64,000 nt of DNA from Stegostoma tigrinum (GCF_030684315.1 NC_081382.1:42083491-42147490), one strand, 5' to 3'; counted from the first letter of the stretch, positions 40,906 to 53,845 are shown. The notes: a model not told the origin generated them from the sequence alone. Numbers and translations are program-made.

Positions 40906-41373
40906 CTCTCATGATGAGCTCTTAAATCAGTTTTTTTTGTGAACCTCCTCTGGAACCCTTCTAATTCCTTCCAAAGTTCAGTCTAAAGCTGCACACAGTA
41001 TTCCAAATGTGGCATGACCAGAGCCTTATAGAGCCTCAGCAGTACGTCTGTAGGCGTCTTGAAATGAGTGCTAACATTACACTTACCTTCCTAACTGCCA
41101 ACTGAACCTGGAGGTTAACCTGAAAGGTATCCCAAATTAGGGCTCCTAAGTTCCTTAGTGCTTCAAATTTCCAAACCCTCTCCCTATTTAGAAAATAGTC
41201 TACACTTCTTTTTCTACCAAAGTGTATAACTTCACTTTCTGACATTGTATTCCATCTGCCACTTCTTTGCCCACGCTCCTAGCCTGTCCAACTACTTCTG
41301 CAGCCACCCTGCTTCTTCAACATTACCTGTCCCTCTACCTAACTTTGTCATCTGTAAACTTAGCTTACCCTCA

Positions 41374-41783
41374 TTGATAACAAAGGAGCTGGATGAACAC
41401 AGCAGGCCAAGCAGCATCTTAGGAGCACAAAAGCTGACGGTTCGGGCCTAGACCCTTCATCAGAAAAGGGGGATGGGGAGAGGATTCTGAAATAAATAAG
41501 GGGGGAGGCGGATCGAAGATGGATAGAGAAGAAGATAGGTGGAGAGGGGACAGACAAGTTAAAGGGGCAGGGATGGAGCCTGTAGAGATGAGTATAGGTG
41601 GAGAGGTAGGGAGGGGATAAGTCAGTCAGGGGAGGACGGACAGGTCAAGGGGCCTGGGTGAGGTTAGTAGGCAGGAAATGGAGGCCCGAAACGTCAGCTT
41701 TTGATGCTGCTTGGCCTGCTGTGTTCGTCCAGCTCCACACCTTGTTATCTCGGATTCTCCAGCATCTGCAGTTCCCATTATTT
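41374..41783. mobile_element. Penelope-derived insertion with inverted termini
   Basis: About 70-bp inverted repeat of the family tail; flanked by CTTAGCTTACCCTCA (41359-41373) and CTTAGTTTACCCTCA (41784-41798). Confidence 0.8.
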
Positions 41784-42269
41784 CTTAGTTTACCCTCAAT
41801 TCTTTTGTCCAGATCATTAATGTATCATGTAAATAGCTGTGGTCCCAACACTGATCTCTGCAAAACTCTGCTAATTACAGACTGCCATCCTGAAAAAGAC
41901 CCCTTTATGCCCACTCACTGCCTTCTACCAGTCAATCCTCTATCCTAACCTTGTCTCTAACACCATGGGCTCTTATTTTATTTAGCTATCTCCTTCAGAA
42001 TTCTGGAGTTACTCCATCTGGTCTGGGTGATTTATCCACTTTCAAAACTTCCAGCATCCCCATCACCATCTCCTTAGTGATGGCCACTACACTCACCTGA
42101 CACTCGAAGTTCCGGTATGCTGCTGACGTCTTCCAGTGTGAAGAGTGACGCAAACTACCTATTCAGTTCCTCCATCATTTCTTAGTTCCCCATTACTACC
42201 TCGTCAGCCTCAATTTCCAATAATGCAATGCCCACTCTTGCATCTTTATAAATGTTCTTGAGAATAATG

Positions 42270-43140
42270 GAAGCATGGTTAGTAATTTTGCGGATGACAC
42301 CAAAATTGGTGGTATAGTGGACATGAGGAAGGTTATCTAAGAGTACAACAAGATCTTGATCAACTGGGCCAACAGGCCAAGAAGAGGCAGACTGAGTTCA
42401 GATAAATGTGAGGTAGCACATTTTGGTAAGACAGACATGGGCAGAACTTGCAGACTTGGGAAGCATTGTTGAATAGAGAGACCTACAGGTTCGGGTACAT
42501 ACTTTTTTGAAAGTGGCATTACAGGTAGACAGGGTAGCAAGAAAGAAATGTGGCATGCTTGCCTTCAATGGTTAGAGCATTGAGTATATGAGCTGGGATG
42601 TTGTGTTGCAGTTGTACAGAGTATTGGTGAGGCCACTTTGGGAGTACTGTGTACTGGTCACCTGCAATAGGAAGTATATTATTGAAATGAAAGAGTGCAG
42701 AAAAGACTTACAAGGATGTTATGGGGTCTAGAGATTTCAGTTATAAAGAGAGGCTGGGACTTCTTTCTTTGGAGCATAGGAGTTTGAGGGTTGACTAAGT
42801 TGAGGCGTACAAAATGAGGGGCACAGATAAAGTAAATTACAAAGGTGTTTTTCCCTAGTTCAAAACTCGAGGTCACAATTTTCAGGTGAGAGGAGAACAG
42901 GACCAGAGAGGCAACTTTTTTCACACACAAGGTGGTTCATATGTGGAATGAACTGCCAGAAGAAGTGACAGATGCAAGTACAGTTACAACATTTGAAAGA
43001 CATTTGGACAGGTACACGAATAGGAAAAGTTTAGAGGGATGGGGGCCAAATGCAAGCAGGTGCGACTAATTTAGTTTAGGAAATCTGGTCAGCACGGACA
43101 AGTTGGACCAAAGGATCTGTTTCTGTGCTGTATGATTCAA
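42270..43140 (+). mobile_element. Degenerate CR1 3' portion
   Basis: NFADDTKIGGIVD, LYRVLVRP, WNELPE and FERHLD motifs with indels. Confidence 0.75.
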
Positions 43141-43916
43141 TAAATGTTTTCTTACCTTTTACAGATTAAAAAAACTTGCAATCTTCTTTTATATTACTAG
43201 CTAGTTTAACCTCAGACTTCATCTCCCACTATTGCTTTTCCAGTTTCGTCTGCCAGCTTTTTTAATCTTCTGGCTTCCCATTAGCCTTTACAACTTTTTC
43301 TTTTGTGCTATCCCTGATTTCCCCAAGCTTGTACCCTCCACTTGTACAAACCGAACGAAGAGCCCCATTCACTCCCTCCACCACTGATGTACAGTGGCAA
43401 TGTACACCATTTGCAAGATGCACTGCAGCTCTTCCCAAACTCCTGATCCTCACAACATGGAAGGAATGGCAGTGGACATATAGGAACACCACACCCCCTG
43501 CAAGTTCCCTTCAAAGATTCGGAACAATATTGTCCTTCGTTAACCATTACTGAAGGAACATTCTCCAACTCCCTGCTTAACTGTGGAGGTTTGCACATGG
43601 TAGAAGAGGCTGTCAAGGACAATTATGCCAGTCTCGCCAGATACATGCACACCTTAATAAATTAAGAATAATTACCGTATAGGCAAAGCACACTGTGGAG
43701 GCAATTCGGCCCTTCGTGTCAGCACTAGCCCTCTAAAAAGCAATTCTTCCCCTCTCACTCCCCTAGTTCTTCCTCACAATCTTTAAACTTGCAAATCAAA
43801 ATAGATCAGAACTTAGTTTTATCCAAACGATGCTCACAACTGATCGATTATTTGGAGGTTCGAAAGGATCACCAAAAAGCGGTAAGATGTCGCTAATGAA
43901 ACGAACATTGACAAAC

Positions 43917-44286
43917 CTAAGTGGTTGTGGCACCTGGGACACGTTGCCACTGTCCAAGAGTGTCCAGGGAACCAGGAAAACTGCTCCTCCGGCGGCCAGT
44001 GCCTGTGGACAGCGGCTTTCTTGAAAGTGAGTACCTGGAAGCGAAGTCCCTGGGGGTTCTGGAAAAGTTGCACCGGGACCCTGCGCTCGCCGATCACCGT
44101 GTCGTTACGCTGGGCTAAAGCCAGGGCGCTGGCCACGAACTTGAGGTCCCGACTGGCGGCCACCTCGAAGCCGCACGACCTGCACAGCAAGAGCTCATCT
44201 CGGGAACTTGCCTCCTCCTGGCCGGCATTGTAGCCGCTCACGGCAGGCAGCCACACCAAGAGCAGAGTCCCCAGTATCCGCCACAT
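43917..44286 (-). CDS. Secreted cereblon-like (CULT domain) protein, exon 1
   Basis: ATG 44286 (AGAATG); hydrophobic signal MWRILGTLLLVWLPAVSG; CRSC, NPQG, FSWFPGHSW, CPRC and HLG; donor TTAG|GTTTGT, phase 1. Confidence 0.88.
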
Positions 44287-44714
44287 TCTCCAGGCCGCTT
44301 CTCTCAACGCCTTAAAATAAAACTTCTCCTTTACAATTTTCTTTTGCTCCCCCAGCTCCCCAAACAGTGATTTAAAAATAATTGCGTAAAACCATTCGGC
44401 TACTGAGAGTTTGGCCTGAAGATTCCCCAACGTTATTGCACAGAACTTTGTATCAAAAATGTATCTGTTTTGTTCCTCCCCATTTAACTGTAGCCTTCCC
44501 ACGGCTGATATTTAAATGAACTGCACACGGGAGAGGAAAGATGGATCTCGCTGTATGTAAACATTCTTCAGACTATTTTCACCCCCCTGCTGGCTGGAGG
44601 ATTCCAATTCACTTCATGGGGCTGGGGGAGGACGGATGAAAAGGCGCAAGGAGGCTGTTCGACCAGTCCTTCCTCTGCTGGTTCATTTGACAGAGCCATC
44701 CATTCAGCCTCACT

Positions 44715-45515
44715 CAACAACCCCCAGCACCACTTGCCCCCACACCTCCTCCTTCACCCTCATCCCAGGCTCCAAGATGACTTTCCACATCATGTAGATG
44801 TTCACCTGCACATCTGCCAATGTGGTATACTGCATCCGCTGTATGCGTTGTGGCTTCCTCTACATTGGGGAAACCAAGCGGAGGCTTGGGGACGGCTTTG
44901 CAGAACACCTCCGCTCAGTTCACAAATAACGACTGCACTTCTCTGTGGCAAACCATTTCAACTCCCCCTCCCATTCCTTAGACAACATGTCCATCCTGGG
45001 GCTCCTGCAGTGCCATAATGATGCCACCCACGGGTTGCAGGAACAGCAACTCATATTCCACTTGGGAACCCTGCAGCCCAATGGTATCAATGTGGATTTC
45101 ACCAGCTTCAAAATCTCCCCCTCCCCCACTGCATCCCAAAAGCAGCCCAGCTTGTCCCCACCTCCGTACCTGTTCTTCCCACCTCCTCCCACCTCAAGCT
45201 GCACCTCCATTTCCTACCTACTAACCTCATCCCGCCCCCTTGACCTGTCCATCCTCCCCGGACTGACCTGTCCCCTCCGTACCTCCCCACCTATACTCTC
45301 CTCTCCACCTATCTTCTCCTCTATCCATCTTCGATCCACCTCCCCCCACTCTCCCTATTTACTTCAGAATCCTCTCCCCATCCCCCTTTTCTGATGAAGG
45401 GTCTAGGCCCAAAACGTCAGCTTTTGTGCTCCTCAGATGCTGCTTGGCCTGCTGTGTTCATCCAGCTCCACGCTTTTGTTATCTCGGATTCTCCAGCATC
45501 TGCAGTTCCCATTAC
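44715..45515 (+). mobile_element. Penelope-like element 3' part (GIY-YIG plus terminal repeat)
   Basis: FTCTSANVVYCIRCMRCGFLYIGETKRRLGDGFAEHL; hammerhead core at 45391 with GAAA changed to AAAA. Confidence 0.85.
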
Positions 45516-46335
45516 CTCCTCCAAAGCTCTCCCTTGTTTCCTAGGATCAAGGACAAATCTCTTTGGGGAGCAGAAAAGCAATAGCTTATGCTTCTAAGGC
45601 ATCTTTCCCTGAGGGTTGATGAAATAACTGCACAGAGGCCAGTATCCCATCACCAAGTCACCCTTTATTTACTTGTGCACAGTACACTGGCTGTGACCAG
45701 CCAGCTCACAGTCAGTTCCCTGAACTAGCAGGGGTTTGTGATCTGTTACTACGACAAATTCCCATCCATAAACATACTGGTGGAACCTTCTCACACCAAA
45801 GATGACCAGCAAACCTTCCTTCTCTATATGTGCATATTTGGGTTTGGCATTAGACAAAGACTGGGAAGCATATACTATCGGGCATTCCTCTCCATTAGGC
45901 CACGGGTGAGCCAACGCTATTCCAGCTCCGTTCGTGGAGGCATTGCAAGTCAACACTACTCTCGCTTCGGATCATAATGGGCCAACACGTTAGATGCTGA
46001 TAGCTGCTTTTCACTTCACTAAACACTACTTCTTGGCTACATGGCCAATCCCATGGCTGACCATTTTTTAATAGCAGGTGTAAGGCTGTCAAGACGGGGG
46101 CCAGCTTACATATAAATTTTCTGTCATAATTCACCAACCTGAGGAAAGACCTAAGTTCCAGTAGAAATGCGGGAGCTGGGGCCTCTTTGATCACCCTCAC
46201 TTTATCCTCCAATCAGTGTAACCTGGTTTTGTGGAGTCTGTAACCCAAATAGGTCATCTGGGGTGCCTGAAACACATTTTTCCCTTCTAAGGTGCATACC
46301 TGCCTGGGAGAAATGCTTAAACACTACATCAAATT

Positions 46336-46898
46336 ACCCTCCTCCCTCCGGACCAACCTCAGGGAATCTCTCTCCAACTGCAACTCTCTTGTAATACCTA
46401 TCTTGTTTTCTCTCCATCTTCGGACCGCCTCCCCCACTCTCCCTATTTATTCCGGTTCCCTCTCCCAATCCCCCTCTCTGATGAAGGGTCTAGGCCCGAA
46501 AAGTCAGCTTTTGTGCTTCTGAGATGCTGCTTGGCCTGCTGTGTTCATCCAGCTCCACACTTTGTTATCTTGGATTCTCCAGCATCTGCAGTTCCCATTA
46601 TCACTGATGCAATTTTAACCCCACTGCGAAGCCTCTTCCAGGGATGCCTAACCTGAAGAAGTTACCCTCCTCCCTCCGGACCAACCTCAGGGAATCTCTC
46701 TCCCACTGCAACTCTCTTGTAATACCTATCTTGTTCTCGCTCCATCTTCAGTCTGCCTCCCCTTTTCTCCCTATTTATTCCGGTTCCCTCTCCCCATCCC
46801 CATCTCTGATGAAGGGTCTAGGCCCGAAACGTCAGCTTTTGTGCTTCTGAGATGCTGCTTGGCCTGCTGTGTTCATCCAGCTCCACACTTTGTTATCT
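46336..46898 (+). repeat. Tandem 328-bp Penelope terminal-repeat dimer inside the Gypsy RT
   Basis: TTACCCTCCTCCCTCCGGACCAACC at 46334 and 46662; hammerhead cores at 46478 and 46806; flanked by ATCAAATT (46328, 46899). Confidence 0.85.
46806..46833 (+). ncRNA. Minimal type I hammerhead ribozyme core (intact)
   Basis: CTGATGA-A-GGGT-CTAG-GCCC-GAAAC-GTC: conserved core, stem II, palindromic ACGT stem III and GUC cleavage triplet. Confidence 0.75.
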
Positions 46899-47479
46899 AT
46901 CAAATTCTCCAAGTGCTGTTTATTGGTCTTTTCTGTTATGCATACATCATCCAGATAAATGGCAACCTGGGTAGTTATTGTAAAATGTTCTCCACAGTCC
47001 TTTGGAAAAGGGCACAGCCTGATCGAATCCCAAATGACATTCTTGTATATTGACATAAACTGATATGGGTGTTAATTATAGCGTATCTCTGGTACTCCTC
47101 AGACAGTCACAATTGCATGTAGGCCTGACTCATGTCCAGCTTCGTAAAGAACAGTACACCCCCCGACCCCCACCTATTTTATGTACAAGTCCTCTATGCC
47201 AGGAATTGGGTACTTATGTAGCTGTGAGAATGGTTTACTGTGTGCTTAAAATCCCCACAAAGGTGAAATGAACAACTGGTACTGCCCATTCTGCAAACTG
47301 CATTGGTTTGATGATTCCTTCACTGTCCAGCCTCCTGATTCCTACCTCTACTTTTGCCCGCAAGACAAATGGCACTGAGCAGAGCTTGCAAAATCTCAGA
47401 ATTGCTTCCTAGTCAACATGTAAAGTAGCTTTGGCCTCTTTGATAGTCACCAGACCTTCCTGAAAAACCCCTTGGGCAA

Positions 47480-47750
47480 CTGTTTGTGTGGCGTTTACAC
47501 ATTCTCCTCGTGTCTGCATGGGTTTCCTCTGGGTGCTCCAGTTTCTTCCCACTGTCCAAAGATGTCCAGGATACATGGTGTGGCCATGCTAAATTGCCCA
47601 TAGTGCCCAGGGATGTTTAGGTTAGGTGGGTTAGACGTGGGAGATTAGGGGAATGAGTCTGGGTGAGATGGTCTTCAGAGGGGTGGTGTGGACTTGTTGG
47701 GCGGAATGGCCTGTTTCCACATGTAGGGATTCTATGGTTTTATGATTCTA
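47480..47750 (+). mobile_element. HE1-like V-SINE (5'-truncated) nested in Gypsy
   Basis: V-domain and CCTGTTTCCACA.GTAGGGATTCTA tail. Confidence 0.75.
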
Positions 47751-48097
47751 GAATTTCACTAGGACTTCACTGAGACAGCCATTCTCTAATCAAAAAATGT
47801 TCAACCATTCTAAGTGAATCTTTCTCAACCAGTTCCACCCCAATAGGTTTGGGCCTGAGCCTTTTACACATCAGTGGTAATTGCATCAACTGTTTTTCAG
47901 AGGACACCAGAACCCAAGTCATACCCTTAATCTGCACCAGCTCCCCAGTGTATGTTCTCAGTTTGGCTGAGCACTTGCACAAACTTAAAGGTTGGAGTCC
48001 TGAGTGAAACTTGGTTCTGCAAATACAGATACAGCTGCACTGCTATTGACCTCCATGGGAACTGGGTGACCATTTAACCAAACATTAATTTTAATCA

Positions 48098-49550
48098 ACA
48101 ACATTTACCAACACCTTCCACCCCAACCTCAAATTCACCTGGGCCATCTCCAACATATCCCTCACCTTCCTGGACCTCTCAGTCTCCATCTCAGGTAACC
48201 AGCTAGAAACTGATGTCCATTTCAAGCCCACTGACTCCCACAGCTACCTAGAATACACCTCCTCCCACCCACCGCCCTGCAAAAATTCCATCCCCTATTC
48301 CCAATTCCTCCACTTCCACCACATCTGCTCCCAGGATGAGGCATTCCACTCCCGCACATCTCAGATGTCCATGTTCTTCCAGGACCGCAACTTTCCCCCC
48401 GCAGTGGTCGAGAACGCCCTTGAACACGTCTCCCGCAACACATCCCTCACACCCCGCCCCCGCCACAACCACCCCAGAGGATACCCCTCGTCCTCACATA
48501 CCACCCCACCAACCTCCAGATACAACGTACCATCCTCCGACACTTCTGCCACCTACAATCCAACACCACCACCCAAGCCAGTTTTCCATCCCCACCCTTG
48601 TCTGCCTTCCAGAGAGACCACTCTCTCCGCGACTCCCTTGTCCGCTCCACACTCACCACCACACCCGGCACCTTCCCCTGTGACCGCAGGAAGTGCTACA
48701 CTTGCCCCCACACCTCCTCTGTCACCCCCATCCCAGGCCCCAGGACGACCCTCCACATCAAACAGATGTTCACCTGTACATCTGCCAATGTGGTATACTG
48801 TATCCATTGTACCCGGTGTGGCTTCCTCTACATTGGGGAAACCAAGTGGAGGCTTGGGGACCGCTTTGCAGAACACCTCCGCTTGGTTCGCAACAAACAA
48901 CTGCACCTCCCAATCGTGAACCATTTCAACTCCCCCTCCCATTCCTCAGATGACATGCAGTGCCACAATGATGCCACCCGAAGGTTGCAGGAACAGCAAC
49001 TCATATTCCGCTTGGGAACCCTGCAGCCCAATGGTATCAATGTGGACTTCACAAGCTTCAAAATCTTCCCTTCCACTGCATCCCAAAACCAGCCCAGTTC
49101 TTCCCCTCCGCCCACTGCATCACAAAACCAGCCCAGCTCGTACCCTCCCCCTACTGCATCACAAAACCAGCCCAACCTGTCTCTGCCTCCCTAACCTGTT
49201 CTTCCTCTCACCCATCCCTTCCTCCCACTTCAAGCCGCACCTCCATTTCCTACCTACCACCTCATCCCGCCTCCTTGACCTGTCCATCTTCCCTGGACTG
49301 ACCTATCCCCTCCCTACCTCCCCACCTATACTCTCCTCTCTACCTATCTTGTTCTCTCTCCATCTTTGGTCTGCTTCCTCCTCTCCCTATTTATTCCAGT
49401 TCCCTCTCCCCATCCCCCTCTCCGATGAAGGGTCTAGGCCCAAAACGTCAGCTTTTGTGCTCCTGAGATGCTGCTTGGCCTGCTGTGTTCATCCAGCTCC
49501 ACACTTTGTTATCTTGGATTCTCCAGCATCTGCAGTTCCCATTATCACTG
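48098..49550 (+). mobile_element. Penelope-like retroelement (RT C-terminus, GIY-YIG, terminal repeat) nested in Gypsy
   Basis: NTFHPNLKFT..FLDL..KPTDSHSYLEYTSSHP; VVYCIHCTRCGFLYIGETK..RFAEH; flanked by ATTAATTTTAATCA (48084) and ATTAATTCTAATCA (49551). Confidence 0.9.
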
Positions 49551-52394
49551 ATTAATTCTAATCAGTTCTTATTTGGACGTCGCTAAGCAATTTAATTGTT
49601 CCCACCCACATGTAGGGGGAATTTCCAGGATGTGTACTCTCCAGAATATCAGCCTATGAGTTTTCCCAATGAAGTCAGTCCTTGTAGGAAGCCTTTGTTT
49701 TCTCGAGTCCACATACTTGGCCTTTTAGTCTAGATCCTGAAGAACTTTTTAGTGACTTGTTGTGAGATTCTGCTGTAGGCTGGCCTATGGTGCCTGTGCT
49801 CAGGATATGCCCTACCTGAAGCTCTGCAATTGCCTACACTCAAGTGGTGTTCCCCAAGCTCCGTCAGAGAGATCAGGTGGTCCACTTGTATCAGGATGCT
49901 CTGTAGATCACGTGCTCCACTTGCCACATATTTTAATGACAAAGCCAATTGTATTGCCTGTTTGAAGTCCAGTTGGGCTTCAGCTAGTAGATGGTTCTGC
50001 ACGGTTATGTCATTAATCCCACATACCAAACAGTCTCTCAGCATCTCATTCAGGGTTAACTCAAAACCACATGCCTTTTCTAGTGTCTGAACCTTGCCAA
50101 ACATCCTGATATGATTCCACTAGTTCTCTAACAGCCAAATAAAACCAGTTGGATCTCAGAATTAGAGGATGTTTGCAATAATAACATTCCTTAACCAACT
50201 CTGTTAACTCTTGAAAGGTTTTGGTGTCTGGTACCTCTAGGAATGTTAAGCCCCTTATAACCAAAAATGCTGTAGGCCCACGAGTAGTCAGAAAGATTAC
50301 TCATTGCTTTTCATCTGCCCCAATGTCATTTGCCTTGAAAAGAAAATGCATTCTTTCCACATACCAGGTCTAGTCTTTGACAGCAGGATCAGGTTTCCCA
50401 AATAAAGGCATGGTGCCAGAAATACCTACCCCAACTCCGAGATAACTGTTGCAAGCGAATGTTCTTCAGGCATGTACCATTTTCTCCCGTTGCCACTGAA
50501 ATAACTGCACAGAGGCTGGTATCTTGTCACCAAGTCACTCTTTAGTTACTTGTGAACTGTACGCTGGCTGTGGACTGCCAACTCAGAGTTAGTCCCCTGA
50601 ACAGAGGAGATTCTAAATCTCCTGTTAATATTGGGCAGCCAGGGCTTTCCTGATCAGCCCAGGTTAGTAACCCCAATCAAGCACCTCATAGTCAATGAGG
50701 TCCACCTGGTTCCAGTTATTACAGTTATCATCACTGTTTGGACATAGTCCTAGAGATTACACTGCATGAGCACCTGCCATCACCCCACACCCACACTCAT
50801 TTTCTTGATATGTCCATCTGCACTGGGCTTGTTTTACACTTAGTTTGAAAAAAGCTTGAAGGGTTTTAATTGAAATTTACAACACCCTGAATGGTCTTGA
50901 CAAGGTGGAAAAGATTAATCTTGTGAGGAAAATCCAGGGAAAAGGGTACATGGTTTTAAAATTAGGATTACTCTTTTAGGACAGAAATTAGGAAGCGTTT
51001 TCTCAGAGGGATGGGCAGCATTGGAACTCTTCCCAAAAGCTGGGAGTTGTTCAATATCTTCAAGGCACTTTGATTCTTACCAAAAACTGAAAGAACTGCA
51101 GATGTTGGAAATCAGAAACAAAAACTGAAATTGCTGGGAAAAGTTAGCAGATCTGGCAGCATCTGCAGGGAGAAATCAGAGTTAACATTTCTCTGCTTTA
51201 ATGAAATGTTAACTCTGAGTACTGTTCTGAGGAAGGCTCATTGGACCCGAAACAGTACTCTGATTTCTCTCCCCAGATGTCCTGGACCTGCTGAGCTTTT
51301 CCATGATCTAATTGAATGGTGGGACAGGCTTGAAAGTTGAATGGCCTATTTCTGAGATAACAAGGTGTAGAGCTGGATGAACACAGCAGGCCAACCAGCA
51401 TCAGATGAGCAGGAAAGCTAACGTTTCGGGCCTAGACTCTTCTTCATTTCCGAAAAGTCAGCCTTCCTGCTCCTCTGACACTGCTCGGCCTGCTGTGCTC
51501 ATCCAGCTCTACACCTTGTTATGTCAGATTCTCCAGCATCTGCAGTTCCTACTATCTCTGGCCTATTTCTGTGCCTAATTCATACATTTGCAGCACTCTT
51601 GCAAAAATATGAACAAGATTCTTAATTGTTTGTTTTGTACACTATTTTCTCATCTTCAATATTTTTAGAACTAGTAAACAAATTAAATTAACAGCTTTAA
51701 AACAAATAAACAGCTTTATTATTTTTTGGGTATCTTATAATTTTTTGGAGATAGATCATTAATTTGCATTTAATTTGCTCAGTCTTTGAATATGTTCAAT
51801 GTAAAGATTGATAGATTTCTGATTACTGGTAACAGATGGGAATGAATGGAAACGGCATTGAAATCACCAATCAGCATGGTTGTATTGAATAGTGAGGCAT
51901 GTTCAACAGGTTGAGGACCTCCTCCTGTTCTCATGTTGCTATATTCCTCTGTACTCTGTATATCCCTCTGTATTCTATCAATCCTTTCCTGATATTTAGG
52001 CACACATGTTTCTAGCAATATCCTTATAAATCCTCTCTACACCTTCTTTGGTGCTTCTTTTCTTCATAATATATATATTGCAACATATCTCTCTGCACCT
52101 TGAAAAACCTCTGTGAAATCTGAATCTATAGCTTCACTGCAGGTAGGGATTGACAGTTACACTGTGGTAATAGCACTGGAAAAGTAATCCTTTGCTCTGA
52201 GGATGTGTTCAATCTCACAATGGCACCTGTCGTAATCTATCATTCAATTAATACATTTGATTTAATAGCCAGCCTCAGTAATGGTGACCATAAAAATACC
52301 GTCGAATCTGGTTCATTAATGTCTTTGAGGAAAGGAAATTCGCCCTCTTTACCTTCTCTGGCCTAATATGACACTGCAGAGTAGTTGAATCGTA

Positions 52395-53305
52395 CAGTCA
52401 TAGACCTGTACAGTGTGGAAACAGACCCTTTGGTCCAACTCATCCATGCTGACCAGATATCCTAAATTAATGTAATCCCAGTTGCCACCATTTGGCCCAT
52501 ATCCCTCTAAACCTTTCCTATTCATGTACCCACCCAAATGCCTTTTAAATGTTATAATTGTACCAGACTCCATCACTTCTCCGGGCAGTTTATTCCATAC
52601 ACACACCACCCGCTGTGTGAAAATGTCCCCCCTCAGATCCCTTTTAAATCTTCCCCCTTTCACCTTAAGCTTATGCTTTCTAGTTTTGGACTCCATTATC
52701 CGTGGGAAAATACCTTGGCTGTTCACCTTATCTATGCCCCTCATGATTTTATAATCCTCTATAAGGTCACTCTCAGCCTCTGACACTCCAGGGACTACAG
52801 CCCCAGGCTATTCAGCCTCTCCTTATAGCTCAAACCTTCCAATCCTGGCACCATCCTTGTAAATTTTTTTTGAACCTTTTCAAGTTTCACAACATCCTTC
52901 TTATAGCAGGGAGGCCAGAATTAAATGCAGTATTCCAAAAGCTGCTTAACCAATGTCCTATATAGCCACAACATGACTTCCCAACTTCTTCACTCAATGC
53001 ACTAACCAATAAAGGCAAGCATTCCAAATGCCTTTCCCATTATCCTATCAACCTATGACTCTACTTTCAAGGAACCATGAACCTACACTACAAGGACTCA
53101 GGTCAGCAATGCTCACCAGTGCCTTACCATTAAGTGTACAAGTCCTGCCCTGATTTGCCTTTCCAAAATGCATTTATCTAAGTTAAACTCCATCTGCAAC
53201 TCCTCAGCCCACCTGCCCATCTGATCAAGGTCCCGCTGTACCATGAGGTAACCTTCATGGCTCGCCACTACAACACTAATTTTGGTGTCATCTGCAAATT
53301 TACTA
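52395..53305 (-). mobile_element. CR1 LINE 3' portion
   Basis: KFADDTKI at about 53290; YKIMRGIDKV..FTQRVVCVWNKLP..FKRHL. Confidence 0.8.
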
Positions 53306-53817
53306 AGCTTAATACCTCTCTGGAATGATATAATAAGCCATTCACTTCAAGGGCAATTAATGATTGTTAACAAATACAGGGATTGTCAGTGACCTCTATA
53401 CTCCATGAAAGGATATAGAAAACAGTACTTCCATTTTTGACAAACCTCTAGTTGTGAAATACCCACCAATACCTCTCAAGACTACAGAGGTTTCAAAATT
53501 GTTCAGTGGGTCCATATTTTGAATGCTTGTTCTGAAGAAAGAAGGACAGTGTGTCCCAGCTTAAGATTTCTGAGACCATTGCGCAGTTCAGGAATTGAGG
53601 ATATGTCGAATGCTGCTCACAATTTTATTACTTAATCTTCAATTTCAGTTGATTTTCAATGTAGCTCTTAATTAACTGTCCCTCACTAAAGAGGGGGTAT
53701 TTTTGTCAGGCATTTTGATTCATGATAGTGGAACACTCAGTTTGTGTTTAAGAGATAACAAGATGTAGAGCTGGATGAACACAGCAGGCCAAGCAGCATC
53801 AAAGGACCAGGAAGGCT

Positions 53818-53845
53818 GACGTTTCAGGCCTAGACCCTTCTTCAG
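53818..53845 (-). ncRNA. Minimal hammerhead core, CUGAAGA variant
   Basis: CTGAAGA-AGGGTCTAGGCCT-GAAAC-GTC on the minus strand. Confidence 0.6.

Larger units (their letters stand above)
45620..50723 (-). mobile_element. Decayed Gypsy/Ty3 LTR retrotransposon with nested insertions; integrase missing
   Basis: 5' LTR 50497-50723 (TGTAATAAC..GTTATTTCA) then PBS-like TGGCAACG; gag (LRDCLVCGIND) 49730-50264; protease region LRTYTGE about 47950; RT YLDD about 46950; LRSFL.LVNY; RNase H (YAHIEKEGL..TDHKPL) 45730-45956; partial 3' LTR 45620-45725. Confidence 0.85.

Noticed and set aside
44287-44502. 72-aa N-terminal extension of the CULT ORF in the ORF track
   Set aside because: It starts at a GTG with no in-frame ATG; the ATG at 44286 places the signal peptide at the N-terminus
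49074-49180. Three approximately 39-bp tandem repeats (CACTGCATCACAAAACCAGCCC) resembling a repeat-spacer array
   Set aside because: The intervening sequences are near-identical; this is an internal Penelope minisatellite in a eukaryote, not CRISPR
45615-50728. Target-site duplication for the Gypsy element
   Set aside because: The flanks GTTGA and GTTAT match only partly, so no duplication is claimed
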